DNA from: Chrysomallon squamiferum
Lineage: Eukaryota > Animalia > Mollusca
Direction of reading: 5' to 3'
DNA: 64,000 bases
Assembly (NCBI GenBank): GCA_012295275.1
Contig: CM022672.1
Span: forward strand, 12,462,001-12,526,000
Shown piece by piece: positions 55,261 through 64,000 of the stretch. Position 1 is the stretch's first letter, and each line of letters opens with the position of its first letter. The notes under the pieces are model-generated. The model ran no database searches. It saw only the letters and a program-made list of their open reading frames with translations, and was not told the origin of the DNA. The translations under genes were made by a program, and so were the position numbers.

Positions 55261-58200
55261 AGAAAATCCGAATCCCTTAATGCCCCAGGTAGATATATAC
55301 TCTAAACCTAGATCTGAGTTTGTTTTGTGAATGTTTGCATCTGTATGGACCACTTGTTTCTCACTTTTACCAGTGTCTTTTTATATAGAGCGCAGGAGCA
55401 AACAAAAAAAAGTTACTTCGACACTTTGTGACTTGTCACAATGTCAGTATCACTATGATATTGTGTCACTTAGTGTCAGTGTGACAGTGACTTACACTGT
55501 ACTGTGTACAGTCACTAAGTTCAAGAGTTTGAGTTTTAGAGTGTGTGATTTTGTTCTGTTATTGTTTATGTTATTAATGGAATAATTCTCGTAATATTAT
55601 CTTGAGTATGAGTTCTTTGGAATTATTTTAAATGAAATGAAGTTTGATAGTGATACTATGATAATCATAATTATCACAATCACTGAATCAGTTTCAGTTA
55701 TAAGCCTACACATATGTGGATAATCATAATCATATTGACATTGCAATATTTAGTCTTATTAAGTTATTACTTTTGTAATATTTGATTTTGATGAATATTC
55801 AATATTGTTTAAACTAATAAAAAGATCACCGTCAATGATCAAATCTTAACAAGCAGACTTCTTTTTTCCCCCTTTCTTTCCTTTTTTTTTTTTTTTTAGG
55901 AGTATTATCAGTATATAAATTAAGCTAAGATCTTAAGTGTGATAATGACAGTCTTCTTTACATTTAAAATTTGCAACAAACATTGTTACTTTCATGTTTT
56001 ATTTATAGGATATATTGAATGAAGTGCACAAATTTCTCCAAGGTACTAGCAGCAAGGGCAATGTAAATAGTGAAGCCTTGACTCAGTCAGCTCTGTTTCT
56101 CCTGAGAACAGTGCCTGTGGCTCGACATGCTGTTCTGGAACATTTTTTTAATGTCTTTGATGAGGCTGTTCATGAACATCTTTTGCAAATGCAAATTGGT
56201 CATACAGTTACAGGTTAATTAGTTTAATGTATTAAACTTTTAAAAGACTGAGAATTATATTTTAAAATAAACAAGTAAAAATATAATTTTCATGTGCAGT
56301 TTATAAATCTAATTGAATTTCAATGATATTTGTTCATTCTGTAGTTATGAATTTATATAAATAATAATGATATGATAAAAATTATTAAGATGATAAAGTT
56401 CTCCTAATTGTTGTTTATATATTCTTTAATAATATATTAATCCAGTTAATTCCATTTATTACATTCTTCTTTTCTTGTTATTTTTGTAGACGAAAGAGCA
56501 AAGGATATTGAAGGCATTCTTCGAGACATATCTGGTGTTCTGCTCAGTTTCATCCAGACCAATCCTGAAGCATGGGCACCAATATTATCAAGTGTGAGAA
56601 TTTAGCTTAGCTTACTTCTTTTTTCAAGGAGGCAAACAGAATGTGTATTTAAATTACTTGTAAACACAACTAAGGGTGGTTGTATTAATTAAACTGAATC
56701 TTGGAAATCAATTTTTTTAATACAGCTAAGAATGGACATTGGAAAATTAGCTAAACTGAACATTAGAAATATCTTGTTAATATTACTGAGATAGGATGTA
56801 TGCAAATTAATAATTTAATCACATTAAACTTTTATAATATTTTATTTTTACAGTGGTCACTGGAGCTTCTTGGTCATGTGAGCTGTAAGTATGCAAAGAA
56901 GAGAGGAATTCCACATTCTAATTCACTGAATGAAATACTTCAAGTGTGGATGACTTGTCGCCCCACCCAGCTACTCATGGAGCTTGCCACTGAGTGTTTC
57001 TCTGCAATGTAATAATGTTTTTGTTTTTCTGTTATCTTGAATGATCTGTTTTTATACTAGAGTAATATCTTAAATGTGATATAATACAAAATGGGTATTA
57101 CAAATTGAAAAAAACAAACATTATAATTTTGTGTTAGTATATTTAGATTTCCAACTGTCACATAATATTGGTGCACAACCACATTATAGGACATTTAAAT
57201 TTGTAACCTATGTTTAATCTATAAATATTGTGTTATAAACATGTCTTTCAATTAACAGGAAAGGAATACAAATGTTTTATATTATCTTTTTATTTATTTG
57301 GTATTAATGGAAGATGTGCTGATTATAACTACTTCATTGTAATACATTAAAGTCTAAATTAGTTTCAGTTTAAAATGTATTGATAAAATCAATTTCCAGT
57401 TTGATATTATTTAATTAGCTGTTTGATAATTATCCAGGGTTGGTGGAGCCCCAGACAAATGTGTGGATGCACTGTTAGAAGCTTCTGTGAAATACTCTCC
57501 TCATTTTGATTGGGTTGTCGCTCACATTGGGTATGCAGCATAACACAGAATATCACAGATATTAAATCTTTTAAAAATACTCTATTCTTTTGATAGACTC
57601 TAATATGTAAAACATATTAAATATGAAATCTTTTAATGTGTCTCTTCTCATTTTGATTGTATAGTCAATCACATTAGGTATGTAACATAACAGAATATAT
57701 TAAACTTTGAATTGCTGAAAAAAACTCTTTTATTTTGATGGATAGTTGCTCACATTAGACAAGTAATTGGATGTAGAAGGTCATTTAAACTTCGAATCTT
57801 TTAAAAATACATTGAGTTTGACAAATAAATTATATTAATTTGAAATCTTTCAAAAATATGCTCATCATTTTGTTTAATTAGGTTTTCACATTGAGCATGT
57901 AATCTGGAATTTAAGTTTGATTAAACATTTATAATTTACATTTGAAATCAAAACAATTATTTAAATTATTATATTCTAATTATTTTAATGACAAACAATA
58001 AATAATAAATAGAGTTGATTAAATGAAAATTAATGTTTTAAATCACACACAACACAGCAGAGACAGAGCACACCACAGCACACCACACTTGCATACCTGT
58101 ACAAACACATTTTTAAAATCTAATTACTCAAATATAACAAAATAAAATACAATTAATTGTCAATTATACTGTTATTTAGGTCTTGTTTTCCTAAGATGAT

Positions 58201-59078
58201 AATTACTAGAGTACTGAACTGTGGTCTCAAGGATTTTTGCAGTGCTGAGAATGACCCAGCAGGTCGCGATGCTTCTGCTCGTATGAAGATTCCTAAGATG
58301 GCTTCTGTTGTAGGAATTCTAGGGCACTTAGCATCTAAGCATGGACAAGATATTCGTCAGGCTTTAATGAATTTATTTGAGGTGATAGATATTATATTTT
58401 AAACTTTATTTTTTTATTATTATTTTTTTTTAACCTTAACTAATCTTATAATGTATTTGACTTGTTAACAACTCTTGGCATTCTAACATGTTCTCTAACA
58501 GTTGCCATAAATGAAAGTGGTATGAATCGGTTTCAGAAATAGATTTAAAGAAGATCTAAGAATCTCCTTTGCATGTAAAAATAGTACTGGCATGTTACAG
58601 TTTTTAGTAATACAGGATGCCAAATGTTAAGTATTATATTTAATACTTGTTTTATATATTTCATTATGAACAATTGATATTTCCAATAAATATGTTTCTA
58701 CTCAAAATTCTAGCCTTCAGACTGACATAAATTAATAACAATAATAGTAATAGTAATAACAATGTAATAATGATGATGCTGATGATAATTATGAGTATGA
58801 CATTGGCAATAACACTTTATTTCAACAGCAAATGTATTTTACTCAAAAAACAAACAAACATAAAAAATAAAAAGTTTAATGTATATTTTTAGATATTTTC
58901 TGTCTCATTTTATAAAATAAGTTTATTTCTCATGTTGCAGAACAGTCTACAAGGTGACTGCAGTCCAGTCAAAGTGACAACAGTGCCTTTTCTGCTTCAG
59001 CTTGCCTCAATGTCACCCATGTTACTTCATGTTCTAACCACTGACATGATTAAATCATGTAAGCTTTTTAATTACCTG

Positions 59079-59115
<37 letters not shown>

Positions 59116-62100
59116 CAGACACACACATACATACATACACACACATGTACATACACACACATATACATGTACACACACAATGTGTAAATAAAAGGGATAT
59201 TTTGAGGTTAATGTTTTATCATTTAAGTAAATTTTAAGTTTATGTTTAAATAAGTTTTCAGATGTTTAATTATTTTTTGCACTCTTGAAAGAATAAGATT
59301 TTCTTTATATGTAATTTTGTTTTGAGTAAGACCTATGCAAAATGTGTACATTAGTTTTATAATCAGTGTTAAAACTAATAACTGAATTTCAGTAACACCT
59401 GCTGTATTAAATAAACTTCACAGACAATTTGCTTCTTGGAAGAAAACTAATTCACAGGAGTATTACAGGTATGAGTTTTTAAAATAATTATTTTTATAGT
59501 TTTATTATTAGTTCTGTGTTCTGAAAGGAGGAGATGACTATATCTTAAAATAAAATAAATATGTGCAAGCAATAAACAATATTATATCATTGTTTCTTGT
59601 AAAACAGTCTTATAAGTTTGATATAAAGCTTCTCTTGAGAGATTTGTTTTTCCAAAATTTCTTTTAAGAGATTTTACCCACATAGCATATTACTGGTTGG
59701 GACAAGTGCAAATGCATCTAAATTTTACACTTTTTTCCCTTTATTTGCCACAGGGTCTCTGTTTCATTATTATTATTATTTTTTTTAATACAAAAATTTT
59801 AATTAAAAATTGTCAGGTACTCCATTTTTTCATTTCAGTTCTTTTTGTTTTGGTAATTTTGTTAAACGTATATTTGGCCACCTTTGAAGAGTACAAAATG
59901 CATTACTGTTTTCTCTTCAGTCTTCTAAGCCTTGTGGTTCATCTGGCCATCAAAACTGATACTGGAAGCTTTGACGTTCTTCATTTTCTTGTCACTACTG
60001 CTTCACCTAAAGTCCATTCAGGTGAGTGAGTTACTTACCAAAGTAATGTGTTCAGATGGACATTCCAGACTCTGTTTTAACAGAACTCAGAAACAATAAA
60101 TCAGTAGTCATGTTTTCTTTGTTTAGAAGAACTTAATGTTGTAAGAAATTAATATTAAATGGAGTATTTGTGTTTTTGTGTATCTTATAAATTTAATTAT
60201 TAATTTTTGGACTGCACTATATTTTTCTGTTTATACCTAAGGAAGTACACATTTTGTTTTATTAATGATTATTAACTTTATTTAGTTAATGAATACAGTA
60301 AATAACTTTAAAAGAGATAAAATAACTTTGCTGTAGGTAATCACCATGTTTAGTTAGACTTTCTATAAACAAATTTTCATCCTCTGTTTTTAAAGAATTA
60401 ATCTAAAAACATCTTTTTTTCACAAAATATTTTGGAATGAATTGAAACGAACTGGAACCTCAAACCATGAAGGAAATAAGAAAGTAATTTTTTTCTTATT
60501 TTTCTCCAGATGACATGGATGTTGAATGTCCAGAGAAAGAGGTTCAGGAAACTTGCTGTGAACTAATGGTATGAGCTTTAATTAAATACGTCACAGACTT
60601 TAATAAAATTGGACAGTAACATCTTTTTTAATGATATAAATTACATATAGTTTTATAACTGTGGAATAAAACTTTTTTTATTGAAACAAATATGGCTGAA
60701 ATGAAATAATATAATTATTATGAAAGGAGTATTGTTTTAAATAATTAAGGTTATAACAAGTTAAGAAAATAAAAATATATTCCACAAAAAGAAATCTTTC
60801 TTTCATTGATTTTAGGTCTTTAAATTTTAAATACATTAAAATACATAACAGAATTAAAACTTACTATTTCATTTATTCAATATATGTTCATTATTTTAAA
60901 TTGTTGAGGGAAAAAACATCCAAACTTCTTAATAGTCAAAAAATTTAGCAATTTAGTTTGAGTTATCTGAATGTTTTGACAAATTAATGAGAAGGACTTT
61001 GACTGGGAATCTTTCCTAATGTTTTTATGCTGTTTTGAGTGTGTTTAATAATATTTAGGATTATCTTGTATTTCAGAATAAACTGCTACAAGAAATGCAG
61101 CGTCTGGTTCACTGTAAGAAACGAGATCCAGCTGCCTGTGACATTCCTCTCATCACAGGACTAACTCCATCCATCAGTAAACTTGTTGACCTGCTGATGG
61201 AAAGTGAGGGTCAGAGGTAACTGATAATTTCAAAATAACATATACTACATACAAAGTAAAATTAAAATTGATATCTTTTTCTTTCTGTAAGGGTCTTTCC
61301 AATGAAACTTTTCAAGTATAAAAAGTCTCAAAGGAAAGTGAGAAATCATGCTAATCTAAATGTGTCTTCATCCTTGTATTTTTAAATTAATAGATGAAAC
61401 TTCTCCACTGTAAATGTAAGTCATGCAATGGTTGCACATTTTTTGTTTTATTCTAACACATTTTGTTATTTTCATCCATTATGGTCTGGCTAAAAAAAGA
61501 AGAAGAATTTTTTTTTTTTTTTTTATCTAAATGAGCATGTTGCCAAATAGCATTTTTTATTTCATTAGTAAAGTTCATATCATTGTCAGATTTTTTAAGC
61601 CAATGTTATGTTTACTAATGTTTTTGAGAAATAAATTTTAAAGGCTTCATTAATCTCACTGAAATAAAATAGTTATTTCAGCTGATATATTGTCTTTTTT
61701 CTTCTTTCAGTGTTGTATGGCTTCAAAAACTGTTAATATGTGTTGCTTTGTATTGTGGACAAGCCTCTGCTGCATCCATATTGGCTGGAGTTATTGCGCA
61801 TGCCAAGAGAACACCCCAGGTATTAAATTATTATATATCAGAAAATAACATGGCTGCTGTGCTGGAACAATTTTACTGAGTAGTATTTGTATTTAGACAG
61901 GTGGGGTTTTTTTGTTTTTTAAATAGCAGTTGCAGTAGTTTGATTTTATTTAAAAATGCACAGTTATGTTATGTTATATTGTTATAACTGTTAGATAGTA
62001 TTTTCTATATGTTATGTGATTAGCTTATTTTTATAGCCAAACTAAAAAACATTAAAAATGAAATCTTTAGAACTGGATACATTGTAAATTTATAATGCTT

Positions 62101-64000
62101 TACATATATGTATGGATTTTGATATGTATCCATATCTAATTTCATGAAATTTCTTTTGTGGTTTTTTTTAGTCAGTTGTAAATTTTGTATGGATATAGAT
62201 AGAAACATACCTACTTATTTACAACTTGTCATACATAATACATATTGTTTCATTTTATTACTTTTGTAAATGTATGGATATAGATAGAAACATGTCTACA
62301 TATTCAGATGCTGTATGTAGCACAACATTTCTTTTATATGTCTTTTTTTTTCTTCTAGTCAATTGTATTTTTACGACTACAAAAGGGAATTGAGACAGCT
62401 TTTCCTGACATTATAACTGTCACAGTTGAACATGTGGTCAGCTTACTTCTTCCACACAATACAATCAAACATCTTCAGCTATTGAAGAATCTTCTTTTTC
62501 TTGTCCAATGGGAGAAAAAAACAGAATCATTTAAGAATAAGACAACAAGGTTTGTTTCAAATTGGAATATGTTTGTGTCCAGGTCATATATATATATAAT
62601 TTTTTTTTAACTAAATGAGCATGTTGTCAAATAGCATTTTTTATTTCATAATTTTTAATAACTGAAATTGGGGACTTAACTATAAAAGTGGAAGCTTCAA
62701 CCAGACATTAATATTAAACATAAACTGAACAGGCCAATGAATTTTATATAGTATTTTATTTTCTTGTTGATTAAATTTAATTTTCAAAGAAATTGGATAA
62801 AGTATCACAACTCTGCCTCCTCAAAAACTCAACACCCTCAGAAATACCCCTATCCAATTATTTTTCATGAATGTATGGTTGAAAATTTCCCTAATTAAAT
62901 TTGATAAATTTTAATGGTAAAACTTGGAATACAAAATTCAGTAATTTTAACTTAAAGCTTCCAACTGGCATTATAATGTAAGTTAACATCCACATAAATA
63001 AAATAATTAATTAAATATATATATAATTTAATTCAAAGACTAAAGTTTACTGGGATGAATATTGTAATTTGTTCAAAAAACTTTACTGCTGGTTATATTT
63101 TTTCAGTTCACGACTTCGCCATTGTCTTCAGGAACACATCACATCACTTTCATCTCTTCTGCTGCATCCAGACCAAGACATATCTGTCTCGGTGCTGAGT
63201 ATACTTGGACACATCAACATCCCCACAAAACTTTCTGCAACAACTCTCTCACAACTGTGCAGTACCTTGTCCTTCACATGTTTCAGAATAATTCAAATAT
63301 CTGGTATGTTTGAAATCATATTCATCAAATACTGAGCAAAACAAAGTTAAGAAACATGAACTCTTTTCTGTGGTGAAATGACAGTATTCATCCAACAGAT
63401 ATGAATCACTGATATGAGAGAAACATTTTTCTGGAATCATTCACTAACTTGAGCACTAGTAATCTAAACAATGTAAAGAAGTAGTCCACATTCACTCAAG
63501 TTTTATTTTCTATATAAATCTGTAATATTAAATCAATTAGCTCAATCCGTATTGCATATTGTTATTATAATTATGCATAACTGCTTAAATTAATCCTGAT
63601 TTATTATCGATTACTATTAAAAGCATAAAGCATCACGTATAGAGTCATACTGAAAATATATTTTGTTTCATTTTTATGTTACCAATTTTATTTAATGTTT
63701 CTCTTACAAAGGAGTCACAAAAACATTTTACTGTCTGTCCAAGGGGAATATTGAGCTGACTGTTTTATTTAATTTTTTTTAACAGGTTTATAAGTTTTTA
63801 TGAAACATAGTGACATGTTTAATTGACTTCCGCTGTTAAATGGTATTTACAGTTTAAAAATAAAATTTTCTTTTACTTTTCAACAGACAGTTCTCTGATG
63901 TTGCGTAGAATACGACTGTGTAAGAACTGTTGCCGTCAAGTACAGCTACTACCAATGGCAAAGTCCATGTTGCTGCAGATTTTAATGGAGGGGTCTGTAG
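55247..64000 (+). CDS. INTS5: Integrator complex subunit 5, 5' part (continues beyond the window)
   Basis: Exons 55247-55288, 56009-56213, 56490-56593, 56854-57008, 57438-57530, 58180-58381, 58941-59058, 59393-59468, 59921-60021, 60510-60568, 61077-61216, 61711-61819, 62359-62549, 63107-63303, 63887->64000. Motifs [90 protein letters not shown]. Confidence 0.93.

Overview
AT-rich, intron-rich animal genomic DNA, most likely a mollusc or other lophotrochozoan (inferred from protein style and repeats; no database check). The ORF track is mostly exon fragments and microsatellite noise, so I built gene models by hand from GT-AG junctions and phase continuity. Gene order: 3' part of COX15 (+), a two-macrodomain PARP14/15-like mono-ADP-ribosyltransferase (+), MGST1 paralog a (-), CMTR2 cap2 methyltransferase (+), MGST1 paralog b (+), an unrecognised single-pass proline-rich membrane protein (+), mitoguardin/MIGA (-) and the 5' part of INTS5 (+). 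There are several non-autonomous DNA transposons and one LINE 3' remnant. The most notable feature is a ~5 kb higher-order tandem repeat at the 5' end of CMTR2 holding seven copies of a 57-nt, phase-2/phase-2, stop-free exon. Only the first copy has the ATG, so the others could splice in as a variable-length 19-aa Ser/Lys/Arg-rich N-terminal repeat.
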